In this document: positions 23,576 through 34,654 of the stretch, piece by piece
Position numbering within the stretch: position 1 is the stretch's first letter
Layout of the letters: each line of letters begins with the position of its first letter
Source: Cetorhinus maximus
Lineage: Eukaryota
DNA length: 64,000 nt
Assembly: GCF_964194155.1 (NCBI RefSeq)
Contig: NC_135899.1
Span: 68,200,001-68,264,000 of the forward strand
Direction: 5' to 3'
Made by a program: the position numbers and the translations under genes
Notes under the pieces: generated by a model
The model's database searches: none
Told to the model about the DNA's origin: nothing
Seen by the model: only the letters and a program-made list of their open reading frames with translations

Positions 23576-24474
23576 TAATGGGTCACCTGCTTTGCTCCAA
23601 TGTAAGCAGACGACAATACCTGACCTTCAGCTATTCTCTCCCATGCCATCCATGACCTTGTTGTGAATGATTGTCTTGACATTCAGGTTTTGACCCAAAA
23701 TCTGGCTCACAAGTGATGATGCCTTGTCCCCACATGGGCATACTTTCGACCATCTGTTCAGCCAAACCACTAAAATGAAGCCATAGCCATGATCGTGAAG
23801 TTACACGTTGGTCTCTTGCCCGACGTCTCTGGCACCATCTCCTCCTTTCACTACCCCAACCTATTCCAACCGGTAGCTCCACTCCCTTAAACTCTTTCTT
23901 TTCTATTACCATCCTCCAAGCCCCATCCTGAGTTTCTTGATATTCTCACACTTTTCTTCCCTCAACATCCACACTGATTGCTCTGTATTCTTGATGATTC
24001 CAATCTTCATCTTCATCCCCTTGTCCTCTTTCCTCTGAATCCACTCCTATCCTCCACTCCTTTAAATCTCCTACCCATATTTGTCACCATCCACTCAAAC
24101 TTGTCCATTCTTATGGTCTTATCCCTACTTTCATGGTCTCTATCAGAGACAAGGCCATCTTAACCATATATTTCTCACAACCCACATCCCCCTATCCCAG
24201 TCTCTGCTCTGCCATCTTCTTATGTGTGAGGAAGACCACTCAGCTGGCATTTTTAGCTTTCACCTTTAGACGTTCCGTCTGGAGTTCATTCCAAGTGTTG
24301 ATTACCCTCTGCATGACAACCTCTTGATATAAGCTTTAAAGTTATCTTTTACTAGTTCCCAATATTTTATTGAAGGTAGTTTTCCAGATTAATTTTTTTT
24401 CACACCATTTACTATCTTCTATACCTCTTTAAAATCATCTCTCACTTGCCTTGTTCTAAGGCTGAAAAGTCCAA

Positions 24475-25066
24475 GGCCTAAATTTTGCGTTCGTAAGGCG
24501 CACCAGCCAGCATGAAACGCGGGCTGGGAAAGGCTCAGCGCTGCCGGAGTGGGTGCGGGAAGAAGGTGGGTGCCGATTGAAGGGAGAGTGTGGGCTCCGC
24601 ACTCTCTGAAGGCTGACGGCTGCTCTGGAGCTGCCTCAAGGAGCTGCAATAATTTAAAAATGAAATAAACTCAATAAACTGCTGCAACCTGTGCCAATAC
24701 TGTAAATGCAAGCATCTGGCAGCAGACCACAGAGCAGATCATCTCTCAAATGTCTTCCTTTATTTTATTTAACCCCGGACATTTCATCCCAGCCTAGGTG
24801 TAGTTTGTAGTGAAAACGTGAAGGCCGCCTGGCCGTTTGGCCCGTCCGCCAACCGTAAAAGTGGACGGGCTGCGTAGGTCACTGGCAATGATCTTTTTAG
24901 TTGGCTTAATTGCCCACTTAATTGTCGACGGGCGCGCTTCCAGCTCCCACGTGCACCTGCCGACCGTAATGTTGTGCGCAAGCGCGATGACATCGGGACG
25001 CGTGCCTGACGGTGGTGTGGGGTGCAGCGGCAGAGTGTGCCGTTGGGCAGTTGCAGTAAAATTATC
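24475..25066. mobile_element. Non-autonomous TIR element family A (diverged)
   Basis: Colinear with 9060-9740 (gaaaggctcagcgctgcc, gagctgcctca, ccgccaaccgtaa); left end GGCCTAAATTTT. Confidence 0.62.
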
Positions 25067-25244
25067 TTATCAAAATATAGCGGATGAAATTCAACCCAGA
25101 CAAATTAAACATATTACAATAATGGAAAGAATTGAATTAAGAAAGAATTCTTAATTTAATGAATGGTGTTGAGCAACTATGGGAGAGGCTGTCAGAGATT
25201 TCAGGGTGATAGCATATCCTTTATTTAGCATGTTTAATACATTT

Positions 25245-25770
25245 CAAGAAGCAGAAATCAATAAAGCTAACAGATTGCTGAGCTATTTTGCCAAATCAGT
25301 GGAGTACAAGTCTGAGGCCATCATGCTAAAACTGCACAATGTTCCCATCAAGCTACATTGAGCACAGTATTCAATTCTGGCCATGAAAACACAAGGGAAT
25401 TATCCAGGCTCTGAAAGTAGTTCAGAGAAGGACTGCAAGGTTGATTCCTCGTGCCAGATGACGGACTGACTTCTGAGGATAGGCAAGAAAAGCTTAAAAC
25501 TTTTCTGCTTTTAAAGGCAGCAAGCAGGAGGGGGGTCCGAGGGGCACAGAAGTTAAATCTGGAGCACTATTTTAAGTTAAAGCAAAACTGCAGGTCAAGG
25601 TGGACACATATAAGGTAAAAGGCAGGCACTGGACTAATGCCTGGAAGTATTTGTTTATGCAAAGAGTGACCAATACATGGAATGGTATGGTCAGGTAAAA
25701 TAGAGGTAGAAACTCTGGAATCATTAAGAGGCAGTGAGGCGATATTTTGGGTGTCAGTAAAGCAATGAGC
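25245..25770 (+). mobile_element. Highly decayed CR1 3' fragment
   Basis: INKANRLLSYFAKSVEYKSEAIMLKL peptide; QRVTNTWN-like remnant. Confidence 0.62.
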
Positions 25771-26546
25771 TGGATGTATAGATCAGTGCAACATTTGTGG
25801 CTGAATTAATTGATTCTAACTTACAGAAAGATTATTTTTTCTCACCTCTGACATGCTTTAATGACATTGGGATTAAAATCTCCTTGCATTCCATCACCCA
25901 TTTGGTGTAAAATGAAGTCTCAGTCTCAACATAATTTGGTATGGACTTAAATGCAAAACTGTGCATATTTTATATCACAATTTGTCACATTAAAAATAAA
26001 GCTGAAAATCTGGGCCAGAGTAAAAGCAACATAAGCAACACTTGCCCTTTAACAGACACAGCAAGTGGGCATTACCTATTATTATCAGTGCTGTGTACAC
26101 AGAGTGAGATTAACGATTTGTACTAATCTGCCCTGATTTAATGATGTGCTCAGCATTTGCAACAGAGTTAAATTCAGTTTAATGCATCTTCTTGCTAACA
26201 AGCAGCAGGTATATGTGATGACATAGTTCAGCCCATTAATCGCATTAATAACCACCTTTTTACTATTTCCATTAGCATACTTCCACTCTCAATTCCATCA
26301 CAGCAGGAATAATTTTCTTCAGCCTGCTGCACACAGAAAATAACCTGACATTTTGTTTAATGAGCAAAAATGTAATTGATACAAATTGCAGTATTTTAGT
26401 CCAATACAATGCAAAGCTACAATTTACTTTGAGATATTTAAGATGGATGCCATTTAATTTTTTGGTTGTAATTTAGCAGGAAAATTTATCTTTCACATAA
26501 TCTGGTTAAGTGAAAACTGTTCAGCAGCTGGGACACTGCGCTGCAA

Positions 26547-26565
26547 GGACTCCCTCTAGTGTTAA
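26547..26565 (-). promoter_or_regulatory. Candidate CTCF site
   Basis: AACACTAGAGGGAGT resembles the CTCF core. Confidence 0.3.
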
Positions 26566-26818
26566 GGGTCCATTGTTCAATCCATGTTACAACTTTACTT
26601 AAGGGAACATTTAACATTTTCAGTTTTGCTCCCTGTTGAGATAGCAGCTAATACCATAAACAAGTGAGTGACTTGGGTTAACCATTTTTTAATGCAATAT
26701 ATTAAAATATCTATTAACAAATAGCTTTTAGTGAACATTGCACTTCAATATATTTCCTTTGGTATTTATCATAAGAAAAATAAAAATAAAATCTCTTCTT
26801 ATGAGCTTAATAAACTGC

Positions 26819-27041
26819 TGTGATGACAATACTGTAATAAACTTGATGTACCGGACAGGTTTCTTGCAAACAGATAACTTCATTTACAGAACTCTTTTCG
26901 AAGCTACATGCTTGAGCCAGGTCCACGACTAGAAAGCTCCACCCCTAAGATTACCCACGCTTAGGCTTCAGGGTTTATTCGTCAGTACAGTCAAGTGACT
27001 CCTAAAAGGCAGTAGGAAAGGTTTTACCCACAATCACTACA
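26819..27041 (-). mobile_element. 3' LTR of Gypsy element
   Basis: Minus strand TGTAGTGA...TCATCACA, immediately after the polypurine tract AAAGGGGGAGGAA (27042-27054). Confidence 0.75.
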
Positions 27042-29915
27042 TTCCTCCCCCTTTAGTTTTTTTTACATTTCTTATTTACAAAGAATATATCTTAATTCAC
27101 AACATATACACAGGTCATGTGATCATAGATGAAGCCTTTGAGGTGGTTTTCTAATTCGGTTAGAGTGACATAGCTCTACCACTTGAGATTCTCCTACTGG
27201 ATCGACATGGTCAAGAACCGGAGCATCAGGGACATCCTTAGACAATGGCAGTTTACAATTAGATAATTCAACAGAGATATCAGGTATGTCTACTCTAGGT
27301 CGATCTGTCACCTGAGAGATTAAAGGTTCGACATCAATTACATGTGGAATAACTGGTTCTTGGAATGTCTCTCTATTCCTTGGAAGATCCACATGTTTTC
27401 GAACAATCCAGTCTTCCACATCCACTTGGTATGACAAAGGTCCAGTTTCAGGAGAAAATTATACCAGGAGCCCAACTAGGCCCATTTCTAAAATTTCGTA
27501 CAAAAACTGTCTCTCTCACAGTAAACCTTCAAGCTTTGATATGGGTATCATGATTCAATTTCTGACCACTCTGGTTCTTCTCTATCTTCCCCTCTAAGTT
27601 TGGAAACACCAGACTTAACCTTGTCCGAAGGAGACGTTTCTTCAGTAATCCAGGCAGTGTTGAACTCAGTTGCATGAGGAGTCATACAATAATTGAGAAG
27701 AAAATTTGAAATTCGAATTTCTAATGTTCCTTCGGATAACTTCTTCATTCCTGATTTGAAAGTTTGCACTGCTCTTTCTGGTGCCATTTTAATATGTTTA
27801 ATCCCATTTAAACTCATGAATCTCTGAATTCCGTACTAGTGAAAGCTGTACTGTTATTCGAAACGACGACTTCTGGTAGACCATGTATACTAAAACATTG
27901 GCGCAGCTTTTCAATAGTTGCACACAATGTCGGTGATCTAATTTCATACACATCCATCCACTTAGAATGTGCATCAGTGATCAATAAAAACATGGTACCT
28001 AAAAATGGTCTATATATAGTCTAACCCAGGGTCAACCAGGCCACTCCCACGGATGCAGTGGGTTGAAATGGGCAACTTCTGTTGTTGCTGACGCTGGAGA
28101 CAGTGCTTAACCATTTTTCCTATATCACTGTCTATGCTTGGCCACCAGACATTGCTTCGAGCGAGCATTTTCATCTTCGAAATGCCTAGATGAGGACTGT
28201 GAAGCTCAGAGAGGTTCTCTTCCTTGCGAAGGGATGGCAACTCTTGATCCCCACAACAAGATTTCATCTTGACAACTTAACTCAGTTTTACGGGCATAGA
28301 ATGGTCTTATCTCTTCAGAGACTGGTGCATTTGACCATCCTTGCAATACCTGGTCTTGGGCTTTTGACAAAATTGGATCCCTGTTTGTCCAATTCCATAT
28401 TTGCTTCGCATGGACTGGCGAAGAGTCCAAGAAATTCAACATAAGTACAACTTCTTGTGGCACCGGGCATGTACAATACTATCTGGTAATGAAAGACAAC
28501 TGAGTGTGTCTGCAATATGCACACCAGGACGGTGCATAAAGGTACATTCATACACTGATAAAATCAAAGCTCAGTGTTGAATTCTGGCTGAGGCTATTGG
28601 TGGATTTGCTTTATCTTCACTAAATAAACCCATTAGAGGCTTATGATCCAATACTATGGTGAAATGTCGACCATGTAGATATTGATGGAATGTCGTTACT
28701 CCAGATATTACAGATAAATCTTTTTTAAGTAGCCCTTCTCAGCTGCAGAGGGGGTTCTGGAGACACATCCTATTGGCCTTTCAGAACCATCCTGTGTGAC
28801 AACGCCGCTCCCACTCTGAAGGGAAATGCATCACAGGTTAATATTAATTCCTTTGATGGGTCATAATGTACTAGTAGACATGTTGAGCATAATAACTTCC
28901 TGACTTTTACGAAGGCTTCTCCTTGTTGCACCTTCCATGACCAACGGTTCTTTTCCAATAATAAGTGTAAAGGGGCTAACACTGTTGACAAGTTTGGCAA
29001 GAAGCGACCATAATAATTTATCATGCCCAAAAAAGATTTGAGTTCAGTGATATTGGTAAGAGAGGGTGCCTCCTTGATTGTCCTGACTTTCTCCTCTACT
29101 GGATGCAACCCATGGGCATCCGATCGATGACCCAAGTGACTTCAGTTGCTTGGAAAATACACCTCTTTCTTCAATTGTACACCAGCGTCCAAAAACTTTT
29201 TAAAACCTCTTCTAGATTGGCCAAATGTTCGACTTCCATTGATCCTGTGATCAGGATGTCATCCAGGTACGCTACTACTGGGGGAAGTTCTTGCAACAGA
29301 CTTTCCATGGTCCTTTGGAAGATTGCACATGTAGATGGTACACCAAAGGGTAGGCACATATATTGGTGCAGGCCCTTGTGCGTGTAGATGGTTACATACC
29401 CTCTAGATGTGCTGTCCAGCTCTAGCTGTTGGGTAGTTTGGTGTAGGAAAACCTCCAGCTAGCTTAGTATACAAATCTTCAATCCTCGGGATAGAATATT
29501 TATTGAACTTAGCAGCCTTGTTCACAGTTAGTTTGCAGGCTCAGCCAATGCGAATAGTTTGATCTGGTTTCATCACAGGTTTCATCGCAGGGCACTGCGC
29601 ATTCTGAAAATTGGACTGGCTGGATTATGCCTAGCTTCTCTAAGCAGCACAATTCTGCATCCACCTTCTACTTCAGGGCATAAGGCACAGACCTGGCCTT
29701 AAAGAACAGGGCTGTTGCCTCCGAATCTACACATATTTTTGCTTGTAGGACTTCTATCTTTCCCAAATCTTCACGAAATACAATATTGTACTTCCTTAAC
29801 AGCTCAGGAATGCCTTCTGTCTTCACTTAAAAGATTTATGACCAGTTGAGCTTAATTTATTTTAACAATCACCGCCCAGAAGACTAGGTCCTTCACCTGT
29901 TACAATGGTCACTGG
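27042..29915 (-). mobile_element. Gypsy (Metaviridae, Mag-like) LTR retrotransposon pol relic: RT-RNaseH-integrase
   Basis: LPFGV...YLDDILITG (RT); LKSFLGMINYYGRFLPNLS and LTCDA (RT/RNase H); ELHSPHLGISKMKMLARSNVWWP (IN zinc finger); ERAVQTFK (IN core); multiple frameshifts. Confidence 0.93.
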
Positions 29916-30333
29916 AGGTCAGTCAAAGGTCCGTGGGGAGGTCCGACATTGGGGGGATGTCAGAGGAGTGGGGGATCAGAGGTTGGGTGTGGGGTATTGG
30001 GGAGTGGGGGGTGTTGGAGGTTCGGGGGTGTGGGCAGTTGGGGGTGTCCCATGGGCTTGGTCTGGATCTTTACAATAGTTACTCAGAAGTTAGAAGTATT
30101 AATTCTTCTAACTTTTTCTGAGTACTATTGGTTTAACCCTGGTGGAACCATCCGAAATTTGCAATTTAAACCGCATTTCGGAGTCCCCAGTGCAGCGCAA
30201 TTGTCCAGAGGAAGTGTGCACTTCTAGGCAATTGCCATGCAAACCCTTACCTGGGAACTTCCCAGAGGGATTCCCCAGCACATATTTAGGTTACCCCCAA
30301 ATCCGACACCGGGGAGCTCGGAAGTTACAGGCC
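29916..30333. mobile_element. Non-autonomous TIR element family B, partial
   Basis: Colinear with 49700-49985, ends GGAAGTTACAGGCC. Confidence 0.65.
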
Positions 30334-31711
30334 AGTATTTCTTGTTTAAAATGTAATTGTCCTGGCAATACATTCTAACGCTCTATTCTCTTTCATAATA
30401 GCCCGGTAGCACTAGTCATCTAGTCATATTAAAAGACCATTTGACACAGACCCATTTCCCTAGATGCACATGTAACCTAATTTTTCCCAGTTCTTCCAAC
30501 TGCACATATCATCCAGTTATCAGAAAACTTGCAGACAGTTTCTCCAATGTCTTCAAGAAAGTTTATGAAAAAGAGCCCCAAACCACCTGTTTGACTCCAC
30601 TAGTGGCTAGTTAGTGACTATTAAGTTAAAATTTCTGTTTCAAACATCTGTTGTATCAATGCCATTTTCTAGTACACACAATTCACTGCAGAGAAATTAA
30701 ATTATTTTTCCAACTTATTTAAGTCCCAGAATCATTCTTGATATATCTCTCAACTTTCCACAATATCTACCCAGAACCAGTCTGCACCAGTGTATTCCAT
30801 TTTCCAAAGTAAATTCAATCTGCCATTTCTTAATATTTATAATAATCTCTTCTACAGGAATCACCATGCCAATTGCTATAGAGTATTTCCAGTTAAAAAC
30901 ATTTATGAGAAGCATGTACAAGAGGGCAACAGACTTGTGTACATCCCCACTATCATCTTTATGTATTAAGGATCCAGGCTTGGGTATACTAGGCAAAAAT
31001 TTCAAAGGTTGCAGATGATATAAAACTCAAGCATATTAAACAGTGAGAATAGAAGATGATTTCAGGAGATGGCCAATGCAGTTTACCACAGCTGTGAACT
31101 TATGAAATTTCAGATTCAGAATGTGCAAAAATTTCCATATTTGGAACTGCTTTAAAATAAAGACCGAGACACCCCTATTATGACCGTGTTAAGGGTGTAA
31201 GCAGGACTCTGGTGTGTGTATGGTCAGCTTACTATTGTATGAAGAGCAATAGAATTTGAGGACATGCTATCATTTACAAACTGTCTAGTTTTGCTTTCCT
31301 TATTGGGGTATCCTTGTCTTTCAGAACACTAATCATTTTGATAGGTCTATTTATTAGATTACATCTAATTCCTAGAATAAGCTGCTTCAATTTGTGATGT
31401 ATGTGTTTTGAGGATGAAAAAGTTAATGTGTGTACACATGCTTCTGTGTAATATGCAGATAGATTATGTAAATAATCAAGATTAATGAGTAGGTAGTTCT
31501 GTTGAAGAGTATTTAGATCATAAAGAATTGAGAGTGCAAATATCTTAAATACCATAATTAATTGCTTTTAACTATTGTATATCAATATTACAGAGTTGGG
31601 AAAGGCTAGTAATATTGTACATGCTTCAGTATTTTATAAATACATTTGTTCAGAAGCATTGAAAATATTTAACAATATGAAAAAGATGCAGTTATACAGG
31701 AAGATGTGAAA

Positions 31712-31891
31712 AGTTCACTAATGTTCTTTAGGGAAGGAATCTGCTATCCTTACCTGGTCTGGCCTACATGTGACTCCAGACCCACAGCTATCTGGTTGAC
31801 TCTTAAATGCCCCCTGAACAAAGGCAATTAGGGATGGGCGATAAATGCTGGTCTAGCCATAGATGCCCACATCCCACGAACGAAAAAAAAA
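31712..31891 (+). mobile_element. HE1-type SINE 3' half
   Basis: gttcactaatg...tccttacctggtctggcctacatgtgactccagacccacagc...ggcaattagggatggg...cccacatccc A-tail. Confidence 0.8.
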
Positions 31892-32284
31892 GTGTGGAAA
31901 GTAGGTAACTGAGTGATGCTAGGCCATCTATTTATTTCAAAAGATTCCAGCAGATTTTAATAGAATTGAGAGCTGTAAGGAAACTATATTTGCACATAGA
32001 TAGTCAAATGCTGTTAATTCCTGTGCTGTTGGTGCATTGTTGCAAGCAAATGTTTTGAGATTAAATAATGGAAGTTGCAGGTTTGATTATATCCTAACCT
32101 CAAGTCCTGAAGGAATTTTGCTTCACCTTCCTGGAAGTTTTACCTGTCTTGCATCTCACAGGTGGGCTAGGTATGTTGAAGAGTACATGATGATGATAAA
32201 TTGTTTTGTACATATTTTTGGAAGGAATAATGGTCCTTTCTGATTTCATGCTTAAATCTATGTTTATTCCAAGAGCAGCAATTC

Positions 32285-32500
32285 TGTGGGAACACCATCA
32301 CCTCCAAATTTGGTAATATATTACTGTTCCTTCATCACCTTTGGGTCAGTATCCTGGATTTCCCTGCCTAACAATCTTCAGTGCCATCACAAGGATTGCA
32401 GTAGTTCAAACAGAAGGCTCACCACCACCATCTCAGAACAGTAAGTACTGATCACTAAATGCAGCCTTGCCATCGTCACCCATAGCCCAAGACAAAAATA
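32285..32500 (+). mobile_element. HER1-like LINE 3' UTR relic
   Basis: Colinear with 42570-42825. Confidence 0.6.
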
Positions 32501-32919
32501 AAATCCTGTTAAGAGCTTCAAGATTATTGTTAATAGCTTAAGGAAAAAGTAACTGGAGGGCTAGAATATGGTGTTCTGTTAAATTTAAATACAAACATTT
32601 GGAGCACAAAATAGTTAAACAGAAGTATTAAATACAAGGAGGGAAAATTCTAATCCTGTTGCTCCAGCATTCATTTGGGTGATTCAACTGTTGGTTGAAT
32701 TGAAAGAATTGGCAACTGTGGTTTTGAAAAGATGCACGGATGAGTACTTTACTGTATAATGGCAAACATTTAACTAAGAATGATTAACTTCAGTTGGTAT
32801 GGACCATGATCATTATGTGGAATGCAAACTAACCAGCACAGATACAATGGGACAAATGGCCTCCTTCCATGGCTTAAATCTTTGTTTCTATGCATTTTGG
32901 TAGGAAATCAGAGGCCATA

Positions 32920-33558
32920 TCAATTAGATAGTACAACTTTAAGTGGAGGAGATAGGGGGTAACAAAAATATAGACCATGTATACATACTCAATTCTTGGA
33001 AAGTGCCAGGATCGGTTGGGAGGCTACTAAAAAAGATAGTAGAATCATGGCTATATAAACATTGTCTTAGAATACAAAAGCAAGCAAGTTATGCTAAACC
33101 TTTATAAGCCACTGCTGAGAGGCCAACTGGAGTACAGTGGTCAATTCTGGACACCACACTTTGGGGGAAGATGCCAAAACCTTTCAGGGTGGAAAGGAGA
33201 TTTGCTAAAGGTGTTCAAAATCATGAATCATTCTCAAGGTTTCTCCTTGTTTACTTTGTTTCCAGCAGAAGAGTCGGTAACGAGGGGACACATATATAAA
33301 AGGTAATTGACAAAAGAAGCAGGAACAAGAAGAAGAAACATTTTCTTTTTCTAGCAAGCAATGATTTAGAATGCACTGCCTGAAAGTTTGGTGGAAGCAG
33401 ATTCAGCAATAACTTTCATAAGGAAGTTTGATTTAACTTGATGGGGAAAAGTTAGCAGAATTATTGGAAAGGGACAAATTGGGGAACACTTTTAAAGAGC
33501 CAGCACAGCACAATGAGCTGAATGACCTCTTTCTGTGCTTTCCTATTCTATGATTCAG
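32920..33558 (+). mobile_element. Decayed CR1 3' fragment
   Basis: MLNLYKPLLRGQLEYSGQFWTPHF...TRGH; attctatgatt tail. Confidence 0.75.
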
Positions 33559-34103
33559 GCAGCTTAGCCCATTTATTGACATCTCTGCACTATTGAGAGT
33601 AGATAAATGATATCATTCAAGGCAGCTAGTTCATTTTGGTATGATGATTAAGGAGGCCACTTATTCCTTGGAAATTAAGAAAACTAAATGGAGTAGAGAT
33701 CGAGAATAGTGTTGCAAACCAAGTTGATGTGGCCCTTAAGAGGAATGAAATCAAAACAAAGGGAGCGAACATTAAATTTATATAGAATCTTCATTAGTCT
33801 GTGTATAGGTCAAGCTGCAAACTAAAGAAAGAATATTGAAGAACTGGAGAAAGTGCAAAAAAAAATACAAGGATGTTACCAGAATTGAGAGCAGGCAAAC
33901 TAATAAGAAAAATTGAGCATCCTGGGAGTGGGGGGGGGGGGCGGAGAAAAGACAGATTTGTACCATATAAATGTCAGCATAGACCAGTTGGGAGAAAGGG
34001 ACAAATTCATACTGTAGATTCTATGCAGCTACTTTTCAATAGTATCATAACTTCCAAGCATGTGTTTTTCTTTAAATTCTAAATGAGGACCTTCTAAAAT
34101 CAG

Positions 34104-34109
34104 TTTATT
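34104..34109 (-). terminator. Candidate CLSPN polyadenylation signal (distal AATAAA)
   Basis: AATAAA on minus strand about 430 nt after the stop. Confidence 0.4.
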
Positions 34110-34419
34110 CACCGGACATCTTGCATCACTAATTTAGTTAGTTGTTTAAAGGACTGCAATAGATTGAAGCATATCCATTTCTTCAAAATCTATTATGGTT
34201 CTTCGTATTGTCTTTATCAACACTAACAGAAATACATTCAATGATCATAAGTGTTTGCTCTCTGTAGAAGTTATTCTCTTGTTTTCAGTTCCTTTGAATC
34301 AAGCTTCCACTTGGATGATAATTTAGCGCAATCAGAATCAAATACACAGCATTTTGGATATTTTTAAAACTGATAAGAGCCAACATTTTAAGAATCCAGA
34401 GAATTATAAAAATGTGTAA

Positions 34420-34425
34420 TTTATT
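34420..34425 (-). terminator. Candidate CLSPN polyadenylation signal (proximal AATAAA)
   Basis: AATAAA on minus strand about 115 nt after the stop. Confidence 0.3.
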
Positions 34426-34537
34426 TCTTGGATAAAACAATCTAAAAGAGCATTTATATCATATACATGTACAACACAGCTAATTTACAATCACACAAGC
34501 TGAATACAAAATAGAAACTACATTATAATTACAATAA

Positions 34538-34654
34538 TCATTTCTCTAGATATCGGAATATACTTCTGGTATGGGTGCTATTTGTTGGTGTCTTCTCGGT
34601 CCGTGGGCGCTTTGCCAATGAAGTGGTTGGAGTAGCAGCTGCCTTTCTTTTTGT
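34538..34654 (-). CDS. CLSPN: CLSPN last coding exon (TKRKAAA...[10 protein letters not shown])
   Basis: ttgcag| acceptor, TGA at 34540-34538, conserved RSIF(R/K)YLE C-terminus. Confidence 0.94.
   Translation of the reverse strand, partial: TKRKAAATPTTSLAKRPRTEKTPTNSTHTRSIFRYLEK

Noticed and set aside
1-34000. Expected mammalian downstream neighbours of CLSPN (C1orf216, PSMB2)
   Set aside because: No ORF or exon with recognisable similarity was seen; they may lie outside the window.
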